Below, in pieces: positions 18,772 through 28,248 of a stretch of DNA of 64,000 bases. Position 1 is the stretch's first letter, and each line of letters starts with the position of its first letter. Made by a program: the position numbers and the translations under genes. Source of the DNA: Deltaproteobacteria bacterium (GTDB lineage: Bacteria > Myxococcota > Kuafuiibacteriia > Kuafuiibacteriales > Kuafuiibacteriaceae); the NCBI GenBank assembly GCA_040218735.1, contig JAVJQW010000011.1, positions 448,001 to 512,000 of the forward strand, given 5' to 3'. Under the pieces are notes generated by a model, which was not told the DNA's origin, did not search any database, and saw only the letters and a program-made list of their open reading frames with translations.

Positions 18772-20543
18772 AGCGACTCGCCTGGTTGCTGCTGCTCGTC
18801 GCGTGCAAGGGCACGTCGTCGACTTCGTCCGAAGCACCCGACGCGATCCGCTACGTCGCCGTCGTGGAGCTCGACGACGCGGGTGATGTCGTCGCGAGCG
18901 GACCGCTCACCTCGTGGGCGCCGACGGACCCGCTGTTCGTCGCGGCCCGCGGCTCGAACGTCCGGCTGGTGGGGTACGACGAAGCGACGTTGGCGGCGGT
19001 CGGCATCCTCGACGTCGCCGCGGAGGGGCCGCTGTTCCTCTCCGCCGCGGAGGGCTGCGACCCGCGGCTCCCGGACGCGACGTGGATCGCGGCGTGGTCC
19101 CCGAGCGCGGTGCAGACGCTGGACGACGCCCCGACGCCAGCGCTGACCGCACCGCGCCTGGAGTCGATCTGCCCCGACCTGTCCCCCGACATCTCGGTCG
19201 ACGTCGCGTGCGCCGAGCCCAGGTGCACGCCGAACGTCGTGGCGCGCGACGCGTGCGCGCGCACGGTCGAGTTGGACTGCGCACCAGGCACCCAGATGAC
19301 GATCCACGTGGATCCGGCGGGGCGTGTTTGCTCCGAGCTTTCGTCGTCGTTCGGCGCGTGCACGTCGATGGCTTCGACGATCGGCTACGCGTCGAACGTG
19401 TGTGGGTCGTGCCGCATCGACACCTACGCGCCGACCGCCGCCGCCACCTCGGGCCTCGCGACGCAGGTGGTGAAGATCGTGCCCGGAGAGTTGAGGCAAC
19501 CGCGCAACGTCGGGATGAATCGGCAGCCGTTCCGCCAAGAGTTCTACGAGGGCTACGTCCTCGACATGATCGCGCTGCCGGACCGCATCATCGTGCTCGG
19601 CCCCGAAGGCGGGTACGGGAAGCGCTGCAACGTCCCGCCCGACACCGCGAACCCGATGCGCTTGTTCTTCCTCGACCCGGACACGCTGACCGTGACCTCG
19701 TCCCGGGCCACCGAGGTGTGTCTCACCGCGATCGAAGCCGATGTGCACTCCGACGGGTTCGTGGGCGTGTTTGGCATCTTCAAACAGTGGCACCTCGGCC
19801 GCTTCGACCCCGACGGCAACCTCGTGGACCGCGCTGACTTCGACCCCGCAGCCTTTAGCGCCGACGGGGAAGACGGCGGCATCCACGAGCTGCACTTCGT
19901 CAACGATGACGCGACGATCGTGGTCATGGCGAACATCCGCCCCACCAACCCCCCGATCCTCGGAGGCGTTCGGACCTTCGACGCCCGGACCCTCGCGCCG
20001 ATCGACCGCTTCGGCTTCCCGTCGCGCCGCATCGAGTACGCGGCGCCGGGCGAAGGCACGACACTCTACGGCTTCGAGTCACGCGAGCTCGACCGCGACT
20101 GGTACGCCATCGACCTGGAGACCGGGACCCTCAATGGCGTCCGCTCGCTCCCGGTGGACCAGCAGTTCCGCTCCTCGTCCTTCGCCGTGCTCCAAAAGGA
20201 TGGGTATCTGTTCACCGGCGGACGCGGTCACGACGCCGTCTACGCGCTCGACCCCACGACAGATGAAGTCTGGAGCGCGAGCGCCCACGTCTTCGACCTT
20301 CACATCTTCACAATGCAAACGTGGCCCGCGGACCCGAGCCTGATCGTCGTGGCGGGGGGCACGGAGACGTTCTACGCCGGCGGGGCGATGCTCTTCGACC
20401 CGGCCGACCGGCGCTTCCGCTACGCCCACGCGGTGGGTTTCTCGGAGTCGGCCGTCACGAACCTCACCGACGACCTGCGCGGCGGCGTCCTCGGCGTCCT
20501 GCCCTGGACCGGGGAGATCGTGCGCATCACCGCGGATCCCTGA
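18768..20543 (+). CDS. hypothetical lipoprotein, Cys-rich middle and beta-propeller-like C-terminus
   Basis: GTGA overlap with upstream stop; MKRLAWLLLLVAC lipobox. Confidence 0.7.
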   Translation: MKRLAWLLLLVACKGTSSTSSEAPDAIRYVAVVELDDAGDVVASGPLTSWAPTDPLFVAARGSNVRLVGYDEATLAAVGILDVAAEGPLFLSAAEGCDPRLPDATWIAAWSPSAVQTLDDAPTPALTAPRLESICPDLSPDISVDVACAEPRCTPNVVARDACARTVELDCAPGTQMTIHVDPAGRVCSELSSSFGACTSMASTIGYASNVCGSCRIDTYAPTAAATSGLATQVVKIVPGELRQPRNVGMNRQPFRQEFYEGYVLDMIALPDRIIVLGPEGGYGKRCNVPPDTANPMRLFFLDPDTLTVTSSRATEVCLTAIEADVHSDGFVGVFGIFKQWHLGRFDPDGNLVDRADFDPAAFSADGEDGGIHELHFVNDDATIVVMANIRPTNPPILGGVRTFDARTLAPIDRFGFPSRRIEYAAPGEGTTLYGFESRELDRDWYAIDLETGTLNGVRSLPVDQQFRSSSFAVLQKDGYLFTGGRGHDAVYALDPTTDEVWSASAHVFDLHIFTMQTWPADPSLIVVAGGTETFYAGGAMLFDPADRRFRYAHAVGFSESAVTNLTDDLRGGVLGVLPWTGEIVRITADP

Positions 20544-20545
20544 GA

Positions 20546-21460
20546 TCAGAGCTCGGTGATTTCGAAGCGCGGCACGCCGAAGCGGCGCTGGCCGCGCCGC
20601 GACTCGACGATCCCCGCGGAGCCCTCGATCCCCGCCTTCGCGAACTGCTGGCGGGCGCGGTGGATCATCACGTCGATCATGTTGCGACCGACCTTCAGCA
20701 TGTCGCAGAGGTCGTCGACCTTGCGCCAGCCGCGGTCGGAGAGCGCGACGTCGTTGGCCTCGTCCTCGGCGTACGCGCGCGCGAGGGTGAGCAACAGGTA
20801 GCTGTGCTCGCGCGCCTCGAGATCGGATTCGATGCCGTGGAAGATCGCGGTCGCCACGACCGTCTCCTCGTCGCGGCTCACGGCGAGGCGTAGCGACAGG
20901 TTCGACAGCGTCCGGGCTACCGCGTACATCGGGGTCTCTTCCGCCGCGGCGGGGAGCTCCAGCTTGAAGCTCTTGCCCTCGACCACGATCACCTGACCGT
21001 CGTCGACCGGCGTGGTGTCGCCGTCGGCGTCCTCCATCACCCAACCGACGCCGTCCTTCGACGGGTGCACGGAGACCCGCGGGGCCTCTTCGGTCGGGAG
21101 GACGAGGTAGTCCCCCTCCGCGATGCGCGGCGCCTGGGACTCCTGGTCGACCGCCATGAGGCGCGGCCCCTCGACGTCGATGACGCGCCAGCCGCCGTTC
21201 GAGTCGCCGAAGCCGACGGTCGCGCCGACCTCCAACGCCACCGGCTCGCCGGGCTTCAGACGTTGGCCGTCGACGAAGGTGCCGTTGCGCGATCCGAGAT
21301 CGCGGATCTCCCACGCGGTCCCCATCCAGGTGACACGCGCGTGCTCACCCGAGGCGTAGGCCTCCTCGAGGCGAACGTTGCACCCCGGCGATCGCCCCAA
21401 GAGGCAACGCGAGGACAGGGGGAGCTCGACTCCGTCCGATAGCCGCCGAAACCGCGCCAA
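20546..21460 (-). CDS. FHA-domain protein with C-terminal winged-helix-like DNA-binding domain
   Basis: LGR..C....SGEHA and DLGSRNGTFVDG FHA motifs; C-terminal IDVMIHRARQQF...IVESRRGQRRFG. Confidence 0.85.
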   Translation of the reverse strand: MARFRRLSDGVELPLSSRCLLGRSPGCNVRLEEAYASGEHARVTWMGTAWEIRDLGSRNGTFVDGQRLKPGEPVALEVGATVGFGDSNGGWRVIDVEGPRLMAVDQESQAPRIAEGDYLVLPTEEAPRVSVHPSKDGVGWVMEDADGDTTPVDDGQVIVVEGKSFKLELPAAAEETPMYAVARTLSNLSLRLAVSRDEETVVATAIFHGIESDLEAREHSYLLLTLARAYAEDEANDVALSDRGWRKVDDLCDMLKVGRNMIDVMIHRARQQFAKAGIEGSAGIVESRRGQRRFGVPRFEITEL

Positions 21461-21486
21461 CGCGCGGCGAGTCTACCATGCGATGG

Positions 21487-22653
21487 CTACTGCGCGAGGA
21501 TGTGACCCGCGCCGAACGCCGTGACCCCCGCCGCACCGCCGACGAGCAGCGCCCACCACGGCGGCGCGTCCCGCTCGCCCCACCACAGCGCGCCGAGCGC
21601 CCACGTCAGACCGGCCGTGAGGAGGCCACCCGCGAGCGCGCCCGTGACGACCCCCGAGGGGTTCACGTCCGCCGCGATGGTGGTCGGCGCCGCGCCCGCG
21701 TCGTAACCCAACGTGAGGCCCCCACGAACCGCACAGTCGGTCGAGGACCCCGAGCGCGACACGCAGCTGAAGTCGACGTCGTCGTTCGCGCGAACGAGGG
21801 ACCACACGCCGAACGCGACGCCGGTCGCGGCGACGATCCCGCCGCCCACGAGCGTCGCCGTGCGCAAGGGATGTTGCGCAATGGGCGGCGGGAGGAAGAC
21901 GACCTGGGCGGTGCTCCCGCGCTCGACGTCGACCTCGTGCGCGGAGACAAACGCGCCCGCGCGTCCTTCGATCCGGTGCGACCCCGGGAGCACGCCGGTC
22001 ACCGTCACCTGGCCACGCGGCACCGGGCCGACGATGGCTTCGTCGACGACGAGATCGAACCCCTCTGAGGGGACGGCGACCTCGACCGTCCCGTAGGGCC
22101 TCCACTGACCGTCGGCTTCGAGCTTCGCCCGGAGCGTCTGTTCGACCGTCGCGACGAAGTAGGCCTCGAGCGCCGCGGCGTCCGACGTATCCAACGTCTG
22201 CGGGGCTCCCACGACCGACGACGAGAAGATCTCGGCCTCCGCTTTGTCGCGCCACGACGGATCGCCCCCGTCGAGCCAACGCCGGTAAATCTCGTGCGAC
22301 GCCTTCACATCGACGAAGAACGTGATCAACCGATCGCGCCCGTCCGGGAGCGGCTGAACCGCGAGCGCCCAGAAGTAACGCACCGGCCCCGCCCGCATCG
22401 TCTTCGTCCAACAGCTCAAGCGCGACTCGACCGGACAACGATCGATCGCATCCGGGGCCACGCCGGCGCGCTCCATCGACCACACCTCGAGGCCGGTCCG
22501 CTCCACCAACGCATCCGCCGCCGCCGCGTAGACCGCGGCGCTCGGCGCCTTCGACGTCACGTCCGGCGGCGACACGAGGTACATCGCGGCCGGCACGCGG
22601 TCCGCGACGGAGACGACGTGCGCCGCCACGAGCGCCGCCCACAGCGCGTTCAC
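21487..22653 (-). CDS. hypothetical exported/membrane protein with PEGA-like domain
   Basis: GTGA overlap with the kinase stop; signal-like N-terminus; VLPGSHRIEG; Gly-rich C-terminal hydrophobic helices. Confidence 0.65.
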   Translation of the reverse strand: MNALWAALVAAHVVSVADRVPAAMYLVSPPDVTSKAPSAAVYAAAADALVERTGLEVWSMERAGVAPDAIDRCPVESRLSCWTKTMRAGPVRYFWALAVQPLPDGRDRLITFFVDVKASHEIYRRWLDGGDPSWRDKAEAEIFSSSVVGAPQTLDTSDAAALEAYFVATVEQTLRAKLEADGQWRPYGTVEVAVPSEGFDLVVDEAIVGPVPRGQVTVTGVLPGSHRIEGRAGAFVSAHEVDVERGSTAQVVFLPPPIAQHPLRTATLVGGGIVAATGVAFGVWSLVRANDDVDFSCVSRSGSSTDCAVRGGLTLGYDAGAAPTTIAADVNPSGVVTGALAGGLLTAGLTWALGALWWGERDAPPWWALLVGGAAGVTAFGAGHILAQ

Positions 22654-24593
22654 GACGACGCGCGCTCCAACGCACGCAGCGCGCGCTCCAACCCCGCGAC
22701 GTCCGCCATCACTCGGCTCGTCTCCACCATCCGGATGATCCGATCTCGCGCCCGCTCGTCGGAGAGGCGCTTGGCCGCACCGACGAGCCCATCCGCGAGC
22801 GCCTCGAGCGCGTCCGCATCGGACGGCGACGACTTCACCCGCGCGAGCATCGAACGCAAGCGGCCCGACGCAGGCTTCGGCGCTTCCTCGACAGGCGGAG
22901 GCGGCGGTGGCGTACGTGGGGCGACCGGAGTCTCACGCGCGCGGCGACGACGACGCTTCGTCGATCGCGCGGGTTCGATCGGCGGCGGCGCCTCCTCGAC
23001 GGACTTCGCCGTGACCTGCACCGACGGCGCGGCGGTCGCTCCGGGGACCGCCGAGGCCTGAGGCGTCCGCTCCGAGAACGGCACGCCAAACACGGCGATC
23101 ACCACCAGCGCCACCGCGATCCCGACGACCGCCGCGACGATCGGCGCCGCGCGGCTGGGCGAAGAGCGCACCGCCGTGCGGGTACGATCGTCGAAGACCG
23201 CGGTCGTGTCGGGCGACGCGCCGTCGAAGGCCACCGACGCCTGCCCCAGCGGGGCGCGCCCGTCGAGCGGCGTGGGATCGAGGGGAGGCTCCTCTTGCGG
23301 GACGATGACGGGCGTGGGCGCGGGGGCCTCCACCTCGAGCTCTTGCGTCACACCGACGATGGGCGCCGGGACGTCGGAGCGCGACACCACCGCGACCGCA
23401 TCGGTCGGCGCCGCCGTAGGATCGACGACCTCGATCGTCTGCGTGTTCACCTGCGCGGCCCGCGGAACGTCGGGCACGGCATTCTCGGCCGTGGGGAGCG
23501 TCGCCGGATCGAGGACAGACTCCCCGCTCACATCCTCGGACGCGACGATCAAGGAAGACGCACGCCGCGGAACGACGCCGGTGGTGTCTTGCGCCTCGCC
23601 GGGCGGAGCGATCGTGCTGCCGCGGCGGCGTCCGCGCTCCACGACGTACGTCGCGTCGACCTCCGCGAGCACCACGCCGTCGAGCGCGTCGCGCGTCGCT
23701 TCACCGAGCTCGGCGACGGACGTGAACCGCTCCTCGGCGTCGGCCGCGAGTGCGCGCTTCACGACCTCGGCGATCGCGCTCGGCAGCTCGGGACGAACCT
23801 CCCGCACGTCCGGCCGCGCCGCGGTGCAGATCCGACGGAACAACCCCAGCGGGCGGTTCTCGATGATCTGCGGGATGGGTCCATCGTACGCGTGCTGATG
23901 CCCGCCCTGCCCGTCCAGCACCCACGCGCGACGCAGCGTGAGCATCTCGAACAACAACACCCCGAGCGAGTATTGATCCGCGCGGTGATCGATCTCCTCC
24001 CCCGCCGCCATCTCCGGCGCGAGCGACGCGGGGGTGCCGATGATGCGACCGAGCGTCGTCGCGTGGGAGCGGTCGGCGTCCATCAACTTCGCGACACCGA
24101 AGTCCACGACGCGCGCGGACACCTCGTCGCCCGTTGTGTCGAGCAAGACGTTCGCCGCGGAGAGATCTCGGTGCAGCACGTTCTTCGAGTGCGCGTAGTC
24201 GACCGCCGACGTGAGCTCGGTGAAGAGACGAATGAGCAGGTCGGTCGTGAAGTGCCGGTCCGTCGGCGCGCGCCGACCGAGCTCCTCCTTGAGGCTGTGC
24301 CCCGCGACGAAGTCCATCGCGATGTACGGCGCGACGGTGTCCATCCGGAACGCGTGACAGCGGGCGATGTTCGGGTGGTCGAACTCGAGGAGCACCGTCG
24401 CCTCGCGCGCGAAGCGCTCCAGCGCCCGGATCTGTTTACGGAGGTGAGCGTGGACGAGCTTGAGCGCGACCTCGGTCTGCGTGCGCGTGTCCTGAGCGAG
24501 CCACACGGTCGCCCCGCCGCCCTGGCCGAGGCGCCGGAGCAACACGAACCGGTCGTCGACGACCGATCCCGAGCTCGTGTTCTCCTCGGTCAT
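22650..24593 (-). CDS. membrane-anchored Hanks-type Ser/Thr protein kinase
   Basis: LGQGGGATV, VALK, HPNI, HRDLSAAN, DFG, GTPASLAPE, DQYSLG; one TM segment followed by Pro-rich linker. Confidence 0.93.
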   Translation of the reverse strand: MTEENTSSGSVVDDRFVLLRRLGQGGGATVWLAQDTRTQTEVALKLVHAHLRKQIRALERFAREATVLLEFDHPNIARCHAFRMDTVAPYIAMDFVAGHSLKEELGRRAPTDRHFTTDLLIRLFTELTSAVDYAHSKNVLHRDLSAANVLLDTTGDEVSARVVDFGVAKLMDADRSHATTLGRIIGTPASLAPEMAAGEEIDHRADQYSLGVLLFEMLTLRRAWVLDGQGGHQHAYDGPIPQIIENRPLGLFRRICTAARPDVREVRPELPSAIAEVVKRALAADAEERFTSVAELGEATRDALDGVVLAEVDATYVVERGRRRGSTIAPPGEAQDTTGVVPRRASSLIVASEDVSGESVLDPATLPTAENAVPDVPRAAQVNTQTIEVVDPTAAPTDAVAVVSRSDVPAPIVGVTQELEVEAPAPTPVIVPQEEPPLDPTPLDGRAPLGQASVAFDGASPDTTAVFDDRTRTAVRSSPSRAAPIVAAVVGIAVALVVIAVFGVPFSERTPQASAVPGATAAPSVQVTAKSVEEAPPPIEPARSTKRRRRRARETPVAPRTPPPPPPVEEAPKPASGRLRSMLARVKSSPSDADALEALADGLVGAAKRLSDERARDRIIRMVETSRVMADVAGLERALRALERASS

Positions 24594-24624
24594 CTCCCCT
24601 GATGCTATAGGACCCGCGGACGCG

Positions 24625-25281
24625 ATGCTGCCCCCCGACTTCTTCGATCGCGACGCCCGGACCGTCGCCCAGGCCCTGTTGGGGAAGGTCCTGCGTCGCC
24701 GCTACGGTGACCTCTGGCTCTCGGCCGCGATCGTCGAGACGGAAGCGTACTACCGACGCGAGAAGGGCAGCCACGCGTCGTTGGGGCGCACCCCGAGCCG
24801 CGAAGCCCTCTTCATGCCCGCCGGGACGATCTACATGTACTACGCGCGCGGCGGAGATTCCTTGAACGTCAGCTGTCGCGGCCCCGGCAACGCGGTGCTC
24901 TTCAAAGCCGGGCGCCCCTTCCTGGACGAACGGTCTGGCGCGGAAGCACGCGCGGCGATGCACCGCCTCAACCCGCTGAAGGATCGGCAGCGCCCCGACC
25001 ACCGGCTCTGCGCGGGCCAGACGCTTCTGTGCCGAGCCCTCGACCTGCGCGTGCCGGACTGGACCACGAAGTCGTTCAACACGGAGCTTCACCTCGAGGA
25101 CGTCGGCGCCCGGCCGTCGAGGATCGTCGTCGCGCGGAGGCTCGGCATCCCGAAGGGTCGCGACGAGCACTTGATGTACCGCTTCGTCGACTACGATCAT
25201 CTGCGCAGCGCGACGCAGAACCCGATGCCGCGCAGCGCGGTGGAGGGGGTCGACTACCTGGTGCGAAAGGCCCGCGGATGA
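24625..25281 (+). CDS. DNA-3-methyladenine glycosylase (MPG/AAG family)
   Basis: FFDRDARTVAQALLGK, IVETEAY, SHAS, GTIYMYY, LCAGQTLLCRAL, RLGI. Confidence 0.9.
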   Translation: MLPPDFFDRDARTVAQALLGKVLRRRYGDLWLSAAIVETEAYYRREKGSHASLGRTPSREALFMPAGTIYMYYARGGDSLNVSCRGPGNAVLFKAGRPFLDERSGAEARAAMHRLNPLKDRQRPDHRLCAGQTLLCRALDLRVPDWTTKSFNTELHLEDVGARPSRIVVARRLGIPKGRDEHLMYRFVDYDHLRSATQNPMPRSAVEGVDYLVRKARG

Positions 25282-25763
25282 GTGACCCGACGAAGCAGAT
25301 GAAGACCATGTCGATGGTCTGTCTGATCCTCGGGCCGATGATGATCATCCTCGCGCTCGTCACCCACGGCGCGTTGCGCCTGTACGACTACGCGGTCGAA
25401 CAGCAGTTGCCGATGGAGACATTGGGCGGCACGACCGACCTCCTCTTCGGCTTCGCGCGCAGCTCCTTCCCCTGGATGCTCGGCCTCGGCGTGACCTTCG
25501 GCGTGACCGGGTTCATCGGACGCGGCGGCGGCCAGCGCGGGCGCAAGTCCCTCGTGGTCGCGGGGTGGATCGGCACGGTCGGGATGGTCGCGCTGACGTT
25601 GCTGTGGGTGCTGGAGGTCCACCGCCTCGACATGCACTGGCTCTGGCACGTCATCGGCGTGGTGCTGCACGGGGTTCAGCTCGTCGCGATGATCCGCGGC
25701 CTCCTCTACCTCATGAGCGAGAAGGCGATCCGCGCGGCGGACGGCGTCGCACCGCAGCCTTGA
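25278..25763 (+). CDS. hypothetical four-TM membrane protein
   Basis: ATGA overlap with the MPG stop; four hydrophobic segments. Confidence 0.7.
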   Translation: MSDPTKQMKTMSMVCLILGPMMIILALVTHGALRLYDYAVEQQLPMETLGGTTDLLFGFARSSFPWMLGLGVTFGVTGFIGRGGGQRGRKSLVVAGWIGTVGMVALTLLWVLEVHRLDMHWLWHVIGVVLHGVQLVAMIRGLLYLMSEKAIRAADGVAPQP

Positions 25764-28248
25764 TCACCCGTTTGTGATCGAACGCGAGGCGCGGGAGCGC
25801 GTCGAGCGCGTACCACTTCGCGTCGCGGGCATCGTCACCGCCGACGATCGGGCGGTCGGCGTACGCGTCGGGGAGCTCGACCGAGAACGCCGTCGATCGG
25901 CTCCACGCGACGGGGGTGTCACGCGTGTCGCGCGCGTGGCCCTCGAACACACCGACCTCCATGAGCGCGTCCGCAATCGCCGACAGGTCGAGGCCGGTCT
26001 CCTCGTGTAGCTCGCGGACCGCAGCGCTGCGCGCGTCTTCGGAGGCGACGAACGGCGCACCGAGCTCGGCGTCGGTCTCGCGGAAGCCGCCGGGGAGCGC
26101 CCACGCGAGCGGCTCCGACGCAGCGTCGGCGTCGCGCTGGATCAGGAGCACCTCGTCGCCGCGGAAGACGACGCAGTCGACGACCTCGTTGGCGCCGCGG
26201 TGCCAGAACGGCGCGGACGGCCCCATGCGATCCAGCGCGGCGAACACCTGCGCGGCGGAGTCGACGACGCGCCCCGGATCCACCGCGGCGTGCTCGCGAG
26301 CGGCGCCGGGCACCGCGGCGAACAGCGCGCGCCGAAGGCGGAGGTTGGCGGCGGTCTGGATCTCGTCGTTCACGATCGGGCCACCGCCCACGAACACCGC
26401 GACGCCGTCCGTCGCCGCGACGTGGGTGTAGAGCGCCGACGCCTTGTCGTAGAAGGAGTCGCCGACGCACAGGAACGCCGTGACGCGATCGTCGAGCGCG
26501 TCGGGTGTCACGGAGGTACCCACGACGCCGACGACCTCGGCGGGCGCGAGCCCGTGGAGCACGCCCTCGACGCCGTGGCAGGTGCCGCCGGTGAACAGGA
26601 CGTGCCGCTCCGGATCCAGCCGCGCGACCAGCTCGGCGAGGAACGCTTCGGCGACCTCGCGCTCCTGCTCCGACCACTTCGCGTAGCTGTGTTTCCAGGC
26701 GCCCGCGACGGAGACGATGCGGCGGCCCGCGAGGTAGCCGTCGACGTCGTCGATCGTCGGCCGTCCCGTCGCGGTGAGCGCGGCAGCGAAGCGTTCTTCA
26801 TGCTCCGCTCGCTCCGCGCGCTTGGCCGCCGCGACCTCGGGGGTGAAGTGCACGAGCGGCGGGTCGGGGTCGACTTCGATCTCGGCCAGACGGCTTGCTT
26901 CGTCGTTCGCGCGCCGCGCGAGGAGCCGCGCCTCGGTGCGAGCGACGTGTTCCAGATGCACGTCCTCCAGCCCTGCGAGGCGGGCGGTCTCGAGCGCGTC
27001 GGGGATCGAGGTGCGGTACAGCCCGGGGCCGTCGGTGCCGATCACGATCGGCACCCCGGCGTCCGCGTACCGAGCGATAGGTGCCTCCGGACAGCGCTTC
27101 AGGTTGTTGAGCGCGTAGTTGGAGTCGAGGTTGAACTCGACGATCACGTCGCGCGCGCGCAGCGTGGCGAGCGTCGCGTCGTCCACGCCGTACAGACCGT
27201 GACCGATGCGCAGCTCGACGTCGTAGGGCCCGACGATCTCCAACGCGCGACGCACGTTGTTCGGGTGCGCCGGGTTCTCGCCCGCGTGTACGCGCACCAC
27301 GAAGCCGGGGCGGTTTGCGTCGGCCCACTTCGCGACGGCCTCGAGCTGGGCAGCGAACGCATCGGTCGGGTTCGTCTCGTGGCCCATGAAGTCGACGCCC
27401 GCGAGGTAGAGGCTCTCCTTCTTGCGATCGATCCGCGCGAGCATGTCGAGGTCCCACTCCAGATCGTCTTGGCGATGGAACGCGACGAGGAAGCGGAGCG
27501 CGACGCCGGTGTCGGCCTCGATCGCGGGGAGGCAGCGCTGCGCAACCTCGAACCACTCCGCGCGCACGACGTCGAACAACGACAGCTCCGCGTACCTCAC
27601 GCCCGTCGCGGCGTAGTCCTCCGCGATGCGACGCAGCTGCGCCGGCAACAGCGGGAGGTGTTTCGTGATCGGCGAACGCCGCCGGTACACGTCGCTCATC
27701 GCCGCGAACGGGACCTGCCGGTCCGCGGGGATCGCGAGGCGCTCCGCGAGTGTCCGCCGCACCGAAGACGAGAGCCGGTCGACGCGGCCGTCCGTCTGGC
27801 GAATGCCCAACGCGTCGAGGTCCGGGTAGACGAGCTCCGCCTCGACCGCGACCTCGACGAGCGCTTCCGCGGTGAGGCACCCCGCGAAGTGGGTGTGCAG
27901 ATCCGTCCGCAGCGCAACGTTCGCCGTGCCCCGTCGCCGCGGGTGCACGGTGCCGGTCTCGGCCATGAACCGCGCCTCGTACGGCGTGAGGCGGCGAACC
28001 TCGAAGAGCGCGCCGCCCTCGACCCTCGCGACCGGATCCCCCAGGAGCACCGTCGCGTCGTCCTCCGTCGGCGCCGAGAACGTCGCCGGATCCAACCGCC
28101 GCGTCCCGCGCGCGTCACGGATCTCGAGGGCCCCCAGCAACGCTTCGTGCAGCGGCGACCGCCGATCGTTCGGAGGCGGCGGGAGGTGAAGCCGACCCGC
28201 GTCGAGGACGAGCACGTGCTCGCCCGCCGGATCCAGCGCGACGGTCAC
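25711..28248 (-). CDS. adenosine/AMP deaminase-fold + SLOG + Nudix (ADP-ribose pyrophosphatase-like) fusion protein
   Basis: DLHTH (H118/H120), YAELS, VHAGE (H321/E324), RIGHG, SNYAL, GTDG (D406); SLOG-like IVSVAG..FTGGT..GV..VFVGGGPIVNDE; Nudix WALPGGF..E-X7-RELHEETGL, RDTR, GGDDA..W, LAFDH. Confidence 0.85.
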   Translation of the reverse strand: MTVALDPAGEHVLVLDAGRLHLPPPPNDRRSPLHEALLGALEIRDARGTRRLDPATFSAPTEDDATVLLGDPVARVEGGALFEVRRLTPYEARFMAETGTVHPRRRGTANVALRTDLHTHFAGCLTAEALVEVAVEAELVYPDLDALGIRQTDGRVDRLSSSVRRTLAERLAIPADRQVPFAAMSDVYRRRSPITKHLPLLPAQLRRIAEDYAATGVRYAELSLFDVVRAEWFEVAQRCLPAIEADTGVALRFLVAFHRQDDLEWDLDMLARIDRKKESLYLAGVDFMGHETNPTDAFAAQLEAVAKWADANRPGFVVRVHAGENPAHPNNVRRALEIVGPYDVELRIGHGLYGVDDATLATLRARDVIVEFNLDSNYALNNLKRCPEAPIARYADAGVPIVIGTDGPGLYRTSIPDALETARLAGLEDVHLEHVARTEARLLARRANDEASRLAEIEVDPDPPLVHFTPEVAAAKRAERAEHEERFAAALTATGRPTIDDVDGYLAGRRIVSVAGAWKHSYAKWSEQEREVAEAFLAELVARLDPERHVLFTGGTCHGVEGVLHGLAPAEVVGVVGTSVTPDALDDRVTAFLCVGDSFYDKASALYTHVAATDGVAVFVGGGPIVNDEIQTAANLRLRRALFAAVPGAAREHAAVDPGRVVDSAAQVFAALDRMGPSAPFWHRGANEVVDCVVFRGDEVLLIQRDADAASEPLAWALPGGFRETDAELGAPFVASEDARSAAVRELHEETGLDLSAIADALMEVGVFEGHARDTRDTPVAWSRSTAFSVELPDAYADRPIVGGDDARDAKWYALDALPRLAFDHKRVIKAAVRRRPPRGSPSRS

